A stretch of 63,692 nt of DNA, filler included, from Asterionella formosa (taxonomy: Eukaryota): NCBI GenBank assembly GCA_002256025.1. It is 5 parts of 5 records of this genome, joined end to end, with 100 filler letters (N's around TTAATTAATTAA, not from the genome) between each part and the next. Parts side by side here need not be neighbours in the genome. Positions count along the whole stretch, not along the records: positions 38,283 to 50,937 come from NKIB01007307.1; 4 more parts are not named here. One strand, given 5' to 3'. A program made the translations under genes and the position numbers. Position 1 is the first letter of the stretch. Each line of letters begins with the position of its first letter. Shown here one piece after another: positions 38,283-48,800 of the stretch. Under the pieces are notes generated by a model. The model searched no databases and was not told where the DNA came from. It worked only from the letters and a program-made list of their open reading frames with translations.

Positions 38283-39962
38283 GGCAAGGGGTCTACTTAA
38301 GGAAACCATTTTATATACTATCCAGATTCTAGTAATTTATATATAGAATTCACCTCGTTTTTGTTCGTCTCCTGAAAAGTGGACTCCGACAAATCACCTT
38401 TCACCATGCCAATCGTCGTCCATCATGACCGGTTTGAAGCGAAATCAGTTCCGCAATGACGCCAGTAGCGATTCTTTGCCTAACGGATGCGGTTGCTTGG
38501 CTGTTGGATTGCTTGTCTTTTCGAGGCATTCATGTACTTGCATCGTCCATTTTTCGTCGGACGAAAGATGATATCGATACATCTGATGTTGGTGGCAAGT
38601 TTTTGCTCCGGTCATGTATGTAATGATGCTTAACGGATATTCTATTCTACCGGTTACCGGCAGTCATCTAGTCTACATACGTACGTGGTACTAAAAACAA
38701 CCATGCATGGTTCAATCTTTACTTCAACGCTTACTTTGAACACGTAATAATATTATCTCTGTAGACTCGTTATCATTTTCATGAGACCTGAAATGTTGAA
38801 TTATATCGTTCACATATTCATTGATTTTACGTACTGTCTGCCCGATTTCGTCCTCACAAATATAGTTTGCACTCTATCTTGCCCGCCTTTGCTCTAGTCG
38901 GGCTTTCAATAAGCAACGTTCGTCTTTTTTTGATCCCATCGTCTGCTGCTTGTTATGCTAGTTGAAGCGGATCGTTAAGTACAACAGTGAAATACTGAAT
39001 GTGGATTGTAGGTTGTATTTATCGACTTTCCGATTTGATTGCTTCAGTGGTTTGTTTTGATCGCTTCCATCATTGTTTGTTGTTATGCACTGTCGTTACG
39101 CACTGTCGTTTTGTTTTGATTGTATATATCTACATAAGGACCAATGCATTTATCAATGACTACTCATTGAAGATGTGGAATTCTGCCGTTGTTGATCGTA
39201 TTTGTTTATTTGTATAGTCGTTGACAATGATGTCAATATTATTGCCGCCAAGCAATGCTTTTCTTGTACTAACGCGCTTTGCTACATTTCTACTATGAGT
39301 TCGTATCAGAAGCTACATGAATACTCAGCTAGAGAGAGTCAATAGTGCTGGAGCAGCATGGCGATCACGCTTTCTCAGAATGGAATGATCAGGGTTGCTT
39401 GTTTGGTGGCCGGAGGAATGATAACTGTGGCAGAAATACTGCTACTGGTGTCAGGCTACTACAGCGATGAGCATAGTTGCAGCAACCATACCATTATCGC
39501 TACATAACGATGCAGGGTTCAGCTTTTTTTCTTCTTCTTTCAGTCTTCGATTGTGTGGTGATGGAAAGTCAATGTTGCCTGTGTAAGTAATACAACAATG
39601 ATTCACAATGGATGCACATGACTCCATTGGAACTCTTATTTTATATTTCATTTCTAACCCAAAACAATTTTATCTATTTCTCATTTGATGCTACTCATTA
39701 CATCGCATTTCATACTTTGGTTGCTCCAAACATCTTGTTCAATTTTCATTGATGTTGCATGTTACAATCATTCTTCTTGTGTGTTTAACGCCTGTTGTAC
39801 CATCTCCATGCGTACTACCGTTACTATTCTGGTTGTAATGCTAAAATTCGGCAATTATTGCCGAAAAATTCGATGTGCCCCATGTTGCCATTAAAAAAAA
39901 ATTACTTAAGAAATTGCTTTGAAGTACCCGAATGGCAAGACGATAGCTGGAGCGGGAATTGC
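38283..39962 (+). mobile_element. Body and right end of the same non-autonomous inverted-repeat element
   Basis: Ends in CGAATGGCAAGACGATAGCTGGAGCGGGAATTGC, the reverse complement of the 37094 IR with 4 mismatches in 34 nt. No credible ORF. Confidence 0.75.
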
Positions 39963-40300
39963 GAATAAAGTTTCCTTAAGAATATATATATAGAGATTTA
40001 TTTTTATATTGTTAATTGTATTTCTAAATATATATAATATATATACCTGTATTATGTAAAAAGAGACAATAGTTAGGTCGCACTTATTTATTCCTCACTC
40101 CAGCACCAAAGCACACATCCGACCCACGTTTATCACTACAGCATGGTCCTACATGGATTACATTAGATAAACCCCTGGTACCACCCATTGTCATCATCAT
40201 CACGTGTTCAAAACATCAACACGGGCGTTGCCTTTGCAGAGCACGCTGCCTTGGAATTTTTTGCCGACGCTCTTGATGGTGCGTTAATTTTTCGGGCTCA

Positions 40301-40921
40301 ATGATAAACATGTTCTTTTCCATTTCGGCAAGGCAGCCGTTTGTGATAGCATCGCTCCAGAAGCAAGGTCTCTCGACTTTCAAGGCAGGACCTAAGAATA
40401 AAATCTCTCAAAGATTCTACGCTGGCTTTGTTCAGTCTTCGATTGCACATGCCCCTCAAATGAGACTCAGACAAGCATTTTCTCAAAGTTCCCAAAAGGT
40501 GGTGAAACAATTGGAGAAACAAACCGAACCAATTGTGCAGCAGCAAACCAGTATTCAGCGATTTCTTGGGCCCAAGGTTATGCCAGAGCGCGGCACGTTT
40601 CAGTGGTATCGCGAGATGGTCCTTTTGTGTACGGTCTTTGCGATAACTGGAACCTCGACAATGGTGTTGGTTCGACCTGCCATGTCGAATATATTGGGTT
40701 TGAAAGGCAGCCTCAAGGACGGACCTTGGTCGTATCGCATATGTTCGATTGTCATCATGACGCCTCTATACGCATGTATGCTTGTTGTTGTAGGCACAAC
40801 TTTTGGACGGCATGCCTATTTTCGCCATTTTGCAGTCAAAATGTTCAGCCGATTTGGAATTCCTCCGGAACTCATGGATGAATCGTTTCATCAGACAGCG
40901 AAGAATTTTCGAAAATGGTAG
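40301..40921 (+). CDS. Small two-TM membrane protein, DUF6787-like, with a possible organellar targeting N-terminus
   Basis: 206-aa uninterrupted ORF. C-terminal pattern VFAITGTSTM...IVIMTPLYACMLVVVGTTFGRHAYFRHFAVKMFSRFG resembles the DUF6787 pattern as recalled. N-terminus is rich in S/R/K/Q and almost free of acidic residues. Confidence 0.7.
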   Translation: MINMFFSISARQPFVIASLQKQGLSTFKAGPKNKISQRFYAGFVQSSIAHAPQMRLRQAFSQSSQKVVKQLEKQTEPIVQQQTSIQRFLGPKVMPERGTFQWYREMVLLCTVFAITGTSTMVLVRPAMSNILGLKGSLKDGPWSYRICSIVIMTPLYACMLVVVGTTFGRHAYFRHFAVKMFSRFGIPPELMDESFHQTAKNFRKW

Positions 40922-41680
40922 TGTTCACTTGCTTGTATTTACTCTTGAAAAAACAGAAAAGTGACCACTTGAATTCTCCTGAGCCATTCAGAAGTGAACG
41001 GTAGTCACAACATGAGGAAGAATGATCCTACAGCCCCAGAAGAGTCAACTTGCAAATAAATTGGCAACCAGAAGCTTGCTAGTTCTTGAGCAAATCACCT
41101 TATATTACCAGTAATTGATAGCGTCCTCAGTATATTAGAAATGTATACCTTTTCCTGATAGCATTATGTTTGAAAGTTCATAAAAATCCATCAATTTTGA
41201 CCTGTGGCACATTGCATAGCCTAAACATAACATTATTTAAATTGCTATACTTAACCTGAGTTTATACAGCAAAGGTACTTTTATCCACAAGCTCTACTAA
41301 TGTAGAAACTAAACAAGCGCAATGGATCTGCCATAGAGGGATAGTGAGACTATGTTCACTAACCCACGTATATGAGTCAGTTTGCTTTGATATCTGGTAG
41401 GACTATATAGGCTCTAGCTGTTGGCTTGTAGATGTTATTTGGCTTCAAAACGCTTCTGCCAAGATATATCAAGAAGGGACCAAAATATGAATACATTAAC
41501 GCCTAATGTATTTGTGAAATCGCAAAAAGGGTATGCATCAGCTTGCATGAAATGATCCATTAAAGCTGGATATTTCTGGATGAATATACTCTCCAAAGCA
41601 TGGAAGATGTACATGTGGGTTGGTTATTCAGTAAGAATAGTTTTATTGAGTTTATAGAACAAACTAAGGAGTGAATTGAA

Positions 41681-41945
41681 NNNNNNNNNNNNNNNNNNNN
41701 NNNNNNNNNNNNNNNNNNNNNNNNNNNNNNNNNNNNNNNNNNNNNNNNNNNNNNNNNNNNNNNNNNNNNNNNNNNNNNNNNNNNNNNNNNNNNNNNNNNN
41801 NNNNNNNNNNNNNNNNNNNNNNNNNNNNNNNNNNNNNNNNNNNNNNNNNNNNNNNNNNNNNNNNNNNNNNNNNNNNNNNNNNNNNNNNNNNNNNNNNNNN
41901 NNNNNNNNNNNNNNNNNNNNNNNNNNNNNNNNNNNNNNNNNNNNN
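41681..41945. other. Assembly gap (265 N)
   Basis: N run without the linker cassette. Confidence 0.95.
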
Positions 41946-41948
41946 ACT

Positions 41949-42570
41949 TGTAATGCAATAGTTGGTATATGCTACGTATCTGTAGCTCTCACACAGTAAA
42001 AGTTGCTAGAAAAATGTTTCTACACAATTTGTTTGTTTTACTTCGTTTGCTAATAGTTGCTTTTATAAAAGAGTGGGCTTAATGTAAATGTAAATTTGAA
42101 TGTATAATTTTGAAACTTCCAAGCTCATGGTGAGTTGTCACTTGTTGAAGTTCTTAGTTCAAGCTGTTGTGTTCGAACAGCACCCTCAAGAAATATATGA
42201 CGACACATTTCACGAAGAATACGTCTGTGTTGTTACCTTATATAGCAGAGGTGCTGATGCAGTGCTTGCTATCTCACGTGACTATGTAGGAGGCTACAAG
42301 TCGAACGCGATCTCTTACCTGACTCTCACAACCTTGTCGTGTAACAAATCTCGTTGTGTAAGAACAATTCAGCTATGAGCGTGTTGGGCTCAATAACCAG
42401 TTGGTAGATGCTACGTATCTGTAGCTCTCACACAGTAAAGGTTGCTAGAAAAATGTTTCTATACAATTTGTTTGCTTTACTTTGTTTGCTAATAATTGTT
42501 TTTATAAAAGAGTGAGCTTAATGTAAATGTAAATTTGAATGTATAATTTTGAAACTTCTAAGCTCATTCA
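41949..42570 (+). repeat. Two ~170-bp direct repeats (41960-42128, 42399-42567) around a ~270-bp non-coding core; TRIM-like
   Basis: AGTTGGTA.ATGCTACGTATCTGTAGCTCTCACACAG...GAAACTTC.AAGCTCAT repeated at period 439. Confidence 0.75.
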
Positions 42571-43615
42571 TGTTTCAAAATAGAGGTGATCTTCGGAGGC
42601 AAGGTTCATGTGTGTTCCCAACTTGAACTGAGAATAAAATACATCCTCTTCCTGAATACCCATTTTTTTTAATCTTGGCCTGTCTCAACTTAGGCCAGAT
42701 GCTGTTTGATCGAAGACTGCTTACAGAATGATCCTTTTAATCATAACTAGATCATATCTAGTTCGCTTCTTTAATGTTCCTTGATTTTGCGGACATATCT
42801 GTAATTATCTTGTCAATCATTTATTGATTTGGTCTCTAGCTCGGTCTGATTGTCTTCTAGAGTCCATTTAAAAAGGTTAGAGAGAACTTCTCCTGAAAGT
42901 TCCTCTCTAATCTGTGGCATTTTACACGCGATATTTAACCATGTGCCCTTGAATCAATCATCTTGTTGATTGTGGTACATGTTCCTAATCAGGTCACTAG
43001 AGACGAAAATATATTGACACTCTCATAACCTGATCTGGAATCAGGAATCTCTATATGTTTCAACTGCAATGATAAAGATATTTACAATTCAATCAGACTA
43101 TTTGATTTGTTTTGTGGGTCGTTATCAAGCTGAATGAAGCTCAATACCAGTACAACCAACAGAAGTGGGCGGCTCCCAATCCACATACGGTACCTGTAAA
43201 AATCATCAGCGTACGGTACTGGTAACCATCAGCATATACCCTGGTATACTATTTATCTAGAAGCCAGCAATGAGCCATCCATGGAGATCCAATCCAATTC
43301 ATCCAGCACTCCGTGTACCTTCACAAAAAGCCAAATAAGTGTACCGGTATCATCCATCGTCGACAAGGGATGGTCCATCGTGGGTTCTGCCATAGTATGC
43401 ATGATTGTGTGAACACACAATCGCTCCGTTCCCTCCTTCTATTCGAACTCTGGCTGCTACTTCTTGTTCTGCAACCTCCAAACCTCTGCACCTCTGGAGG
43501 CTTGAGGAATCACGAGGTCGGCTGTCATCCTGTGGGGACAGGACCATTGGCAAAACTGCTGCTGAAGCGACCAATTTCGTGTTGATCAGTTCACTCCTGC
43601 ATTCCCGTCTGTGCC

Positions 43616-45820
43616 ATGGTCGACCCGAGCGACGAGAAGGGCAATTGGATCGATATTACGGAAATGATAAAAGAATGTGCCGCCAGCCTTTCGTTTCAAG
43701 AACCCTACATATGCAACGAGCATTCATTCAGTTTGCATGACTCAATGGCAGCACTCGAATTGATGGATCAGAAGATGGATTGCTGCGAGATTCCTGCTAA
43801 TCTTGTTGGTTCTGGGAGTGCAGACACCACGGTCCCGCCACGTCCACTTCCCAATGGATTGGACGATTGTGTTTCTAATCTGCCGTGGGACCATATCACG
43901 CTTCATGAAACGGCTGTGATTGCTGTTGAAGCTCTAACGCGATTGGAAGCTCTCTTGTCGGGCGCTTCCATGCCGGAAAGTACATACACTTGCATGTATG
44001 CGCATAATGCAGTCATGTCGGACATGCGAGAGCGATTAGATCCGAAATGGACGATTTCGGAACAGCTGAGCCAACTCATGACTCCGACGAAAAACAAACC
44101 AAAGGATCCAACTATACCTCAGCTTGTCCTGTACGCGACAATATTAGCTCTTGTCGATATGAGTGATGTGGTGAGGTCGATTGTGGTGAATGCTGATATT
44201 TATGAAGAGGAAGATTTTTCCATCATTATGTTTGGCCTGCAAGTCTTCGGAGAGGCACTGGACAATGAAGCCAATGTCGTCATAACAAAAAGTCTGTCCC
44301 AGCTGGAAGGAAATGATTCGATAGAAGCCAAGATTCTTCGCCATATTCTACAGTTCCAATTTAAGTTCCTACAAGTATGTACGACTATGTCAAAATTGAC
44401 AGCAGAGTCGGTACGACCATCATGCGAGCATGTCCAATTTTTTGTGAAAGCTGGAGTCGACGAACTAATGGCACTCAAGAAAATACAACCGTCATTGGCA
44501 GTCGACGATGATGAGACTAAACTCCTCCTGAAACGTTGTTTTGACCCCTTTGTGTATCGGCAACTCGTTGGGAGCTCGCCTACGAGAAAGATTGTATATA
44601 AAAAGCCAGATGAGTCCATCGATGTTTTGTCAAAAGTCTTCGGCGAAATCGCCGATTCAGTGTGTCCTATGCTTCTGGATGTTTCGACGCTAGGTCAAGT
44701 ACGCCATTTAGTACAAAAAACATCTGTCTCCTCCATCAACATTCTCAGTCGATCATTGATTGTTTTGAACCTTTATTTTGATGACCGATTGCTTGGGCAA
44801 TACGATTTGGGAAAATTGATCGGACAAGATATACAGCAAATATCCGCAATGCCTGACGATATCTTGGAAAGTAAGCATGGCGTCGCCTTTCGCAACAGAC
44901 TTGCCAAGCCCGTTTATGACACTTTGAAATTGCTATTATTAAATCGAAATCGGCAACGAACTTATCTGGAAGTCATCATGTTCCCAGAATGGATTACTCT
45001 GCAAAGGGAAGCTCATGCTTTAGATATGATCAACCGACAAGATCTCAACGTTAGGGACAAATTTTCTCCTTTCTTTCTACAATACGTGTTGTGCAAAACA
45101 GTGGAACTTATGGATCATTTTGTTGCCCTCGGTATTGAATTAGAGCTATTTCAAGGGCAGCACGATCTTGGCGTCGCGTATTGGTATCGTGACTTTCTGC
45201 TGTCGACACTTTTGACTAATATGTCACAAATGAGACAAGAAAGGGAGACATCTATTCGGTTGCAAGAATCGATTGGGAATGGCAAGAATGGTTATTCATC
45301 CAAGCGAATAAAAGAAGATAAAGAAGCGGAATTCGCATTCATGATGATCGGATTTAAAAGAGTCATGTGTCGAGGATTGGTCCGCTTTATCGCTGCTTTG
45401 AATCAAGCAGGGGTAGTCAAGAACAACATCTATGAATTTACATCACATGAACTAAGATTCCGAAAGCGATTTGACCACTTTGCTGGCATAGCGCAACCGC
45501 CACCATTGACCTACGATGACTTCAGGCAGGGATCCGATTTCTCTAATGTAATTTCAAAAGACTTACTTGCGGCTACGGCAGATTGCTTTAAACAGTGCAA
45601 GGTTATGCTCGATGGTCTTTTTGCAGTCCTAGAAAGCCTCAGTCCAGATGACATCGACGACCGAAAGGAAGAACTGCGGAAATTGACTAAAGTCAGCGTG
45701 GGCAACGCCGTTTTTCTCATGCGGCTCAAACAGATGATTGAAAAGGGAGGAAAGCCTGGCGAAAAGGACGTCGTTTTTGATTTTGGGGTTGATCAATTTT
45801 GCACCATTAGAATAGAGTAA
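43616..45820 (+). CDS. NAA35: N-alpha-acetyltransferase 35, NatC auxiliary subunit (Mak10)
   Basis: 734-aa intron-free ORF with the Mak10 signature WIDIT...FSLHDSMAALELMDQKMD, L.G.S..ESTYTCMY and IYEEEDF; C-terminal LGIELELF, YWY and RF..RF.HF....PPPL.Y. Confidence 0.9.
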   Translation: MVDPSDEKGNWIDITEMIKECAASLSFQEPYICNEHSFSLHDSMAALELMDQKMDCCEIPANLVGSGSADTTVPPRPLPNGLDDCVSNLPWDHITLHETAVIAVEALTRLEALLSGASMPESTYTCMYAHNAVMSDMRERLDPKWTISEQLSQLMTPTKNKPKDPTIPQLVLYATILALVDMSDVVRSIVVNADIYEEEDFSIIMFGLQVFGEALDNEANVVITKSLSQLEGNDSIEAKILRHILQFQFKFLQVCTTMSKLTAESVRPSCEHVQFFVKAGVDELMALKKIQPSLAVDDDETKLLLKRCFDPFVYRQLVGSSPTRKIVYKKPDESIDVLSKVFGEIADSVCPMLLDVSTLGQVRHLVQKTSVSSINILSRSLIVLNLYFDDRLLGQYDLGKLIGQDIQQISAMPDDILESKHGVAFRNRLAKPVYDTLKLLLLNRNRQRTYLEVIMFPEWITLQREAHALDMINRQDLNVRDKFSPFFLQYVLCKTVELMDHFVALGIELELFQGQHDLGVAYWYRDFLLSTLLTNMSQMRQERETSIRLQESIGNGKNGYSSKRIKEDKEAEFAFMMIGFKRVMCRGLVRFIAALNQAGVVKNNIYEFTSHELRFRKRFDHFAGIAQPPPLTYDDFRQGSDFSNVISKDLLAATADCFKQCKVMLDGLFAVLESLSPDDIDDRKEELRKLTKVSVGNAVFLMRLKQMIEKGGKPGEKDVVFDFGVDQFCTIRIE

Positions 45821-45878
45821 ATCAGTCAATGTGGCATAGATCGATCCTTTCAAGAGAAATGTTTTTCGGGCTAGGCAG

Positions 45879-48800
45879 CTACTTTCCTTTGACTATAGTC
45901 GAGAAGTCGTATTCTCTTCTTACCTCCTCGAACGACAGCAGCAAAAGTTCCTCGAAAACCGGCCCAATGCATTGCCACATACCATCGACGCCAACGCAAA
46001 GTACTAATGCGCCGATGATTGACTTGAAAGAGAATGCCAGATCGGCCGTGATAAATTCTGGTAGCTTTCCTTTTTGATGACTGTACAATCGTCCTCCTCC
46101 AATGCCCGTGTACTTCGGTTCCGGGACTCTGTCTGAATTCAGCGTCCATCGCCTTTCGAATTCCTTGTTACCTCCATCGAGAATCCAGCCACCTAATGTG
46201 TCCCACTTCTGCCGTCCAATACTGTCAGAAAGCGCCATCTCTGTTTTGAATCTCGATATTGCGGGAGCCTTTTTGTCAAACAAGAAGACATCGAATCCAT
46301 TTTTTATGAATACATAAACCACGCAATCATCCGTCGAGGCAACAGCTCTAAGAACGTGAAGTCCGCCTTCTTGAACATCAGGATTACGTTCGAATAGTTG
46401 GTGCGTTATACACAGCTGCAATGCAGAGGCTCCAAGGAGCGCCAGAGTGTCCCTTGTCAGTCCTGCTCGAAATAATCCTTTTTCAAATGTGCTTTCAATA
46501 GACAACGCATCGTCAGATGCTTCGGTTTCCCTCGATAACGAGGGCCTCGTTCGCTCTAATGGAGGAATACTTGTTTCCTCGGAGTTCATTGTCGACCCAT
46601 TACTGAGTGACATGATTGAGGACCCTGAATCACTGTTGTCTGAAAGGCTTTCGTCGAATATCGAACATAAAAGCAAGATTTTCGACGCTTGAACGCTGAG
46701 AATCTCATGAAGGGATAGCTGACCAGAAAGTTCCACCAGTTTCTCCACTAACTTTGTGTATCCTTGAGTAAGTTCTAATATCATTTCGTCATTCGTGTAC
46801 AAGGCAGTTCCTACAGAAACAAGCTGTTTCTTCCAGGATTTATCAAGGTCAAATGGATATCCTGCTTTCATACAACATCCCATTGCTCTGAACCATGGCC
46901 ATCCCGACTCTTCAGTTTTGCACCTCTCTTTTGGAAGAGGCAACCGAAACTCATTCAAGAGTGCAATCGTCAAATTAGAATTATTCTCGTCTAATTTGTG
47001 CAGTCCATCCAGGAAAGCGATACCAAGTAGACTTTCAGCGACATCAGCCAAAGTTCGGTCTCGTAATTCCCGAATTTCTTCTATTTGCGATGACGATCCC
47101 ATTAAAAGCGAAAACTCTAATGTCGTTTTGACAGTTGTGTTGCTGATTGTTGCCGAAGACCGAAACGCACTTTTCCATTTGTCCGTATCCTGTCGCAGCA
47201 TTCGATTCACTCCAGTTCGTAGCGAAGCGTCGTATAGTGCAGAATTCCTCGCAGCAACAGAAAGTAGATTTGATAGCTCATCGAAGTCCCATTTCAGTTC
47301 TGCATTTCGAGCCATCAAGTTAAGCGCAAGGAAGTACCCAAGTACAGCATCACCTAAGAATTCAAGACGTTGGTATCTTTCCTTTGGGCTCAAAGTACAA
47401 GCCTCTTCCACAAGTCTGGGCAACGACCTTGGACTTCCACGCAGGGTGACCACCGGTAGGCGTGGCCGCTTGCTATGGGGGTAACACGTTGCCTTGCCCA
47501 GCTCATTCAACTGAAAAGCCCATTCTAGACTTTCCATCTTAAACTCAAGAGCACGCATGAACGATGACTCGTGTTTAAGAAGGAACAAGACGTCCTTCGG
47601 CATGGGATACACCATTACGGCCTCAGGGAATACGTTTTCGTAGTATTCCTTATTTGTATATTTAAAAGAATTGAAAGGGTCATGACTGGAAACCTTGGAA
47701 ACCTTGTAGAGCTGAAGCAAAGGCATCCTAACATGACGTATGAGATTCCCATCTCGTTTCAAGCTCCTCCCGACAAACGTTACAGTATTTGGGTCATAGT
47801 TCCACTTTTGTCTACAGAGATTTCTGTAATCATCATCGCAAGGCTTCGTGCGGCATCTCGATCTGCCAGTAATGCGGAATGATCGAAAGGGAACCGGTCG
47901 AGTTACAAAAAGCCTGCCTGTGGGAAACTTAAAGCGATTCTTCAAGAATCGGTTGGAAAGCTCATAATCGGTATAGTGGCAGGTTGGAGGCAAGAGATAG
48001 TAGCACAGATACGATACTATCGAAGAGACGAGCAAGATAAAATATGCATAAAGCTCCCAAGCAAAGGTACCTTTCTCGCTTCCTAGGAATGAATTCAGCA
48101 GCAAGTACCATCCAGCGAAAATACCTTTCATATCATTTGCTTTCCCGGCTTGTATATATTTATATCCAAGCACCACAAGCTCATGAAAATGTTCCCGTAA
48201 AAGCGTATTGCGTACACTTATGCCACGATTTGCCATACCGATTGTAAGAAACGACCAACTTAATAGTAACAACAAGACACTGAAAAAAAGCAAATCAACC
48301 TTCCCCAGCAAAGGAAGATTCCAATTTGCGTCAATAGCTTCGATGTAGGGCTTCAGTTGTTGAGTGCTTATATCACGAAGCGAGATCCAATCCACCTCCA
48401 ATGAGTCATTTTCAATCAAGGGAGCAAACATGTACGTTCGACCATCGAGAATTTGTTCGCTTGTGTCTAATTCATTGACTGACCGCAGGCCATACCTCTT
48501 CCAGTCCTGAATCTCTCGATTGAATCGAATCAAGTCCTGTAAACGATCTTTTGTTAATGGTGACGGCTGGTTTCCCCCACTCAATTGGATTCCCTTGGAC
48601 AGTCGAACCAAGGCGTTTGCTTGTTGCCCTGGTCCTTTCTGCTTCATGGCAAACTGCGCTTCGATATATCCATTCGCCAATACCGGAATTTCGGCACAGA
48701 ATATCACACCAAGAGGGGTGGGCTTCAAGACTCCACTTCTTGCTGTCACGAAATTTTGACCTTCACAATCGAAAAAATCCAAGCGATACAAATAAAGAAC

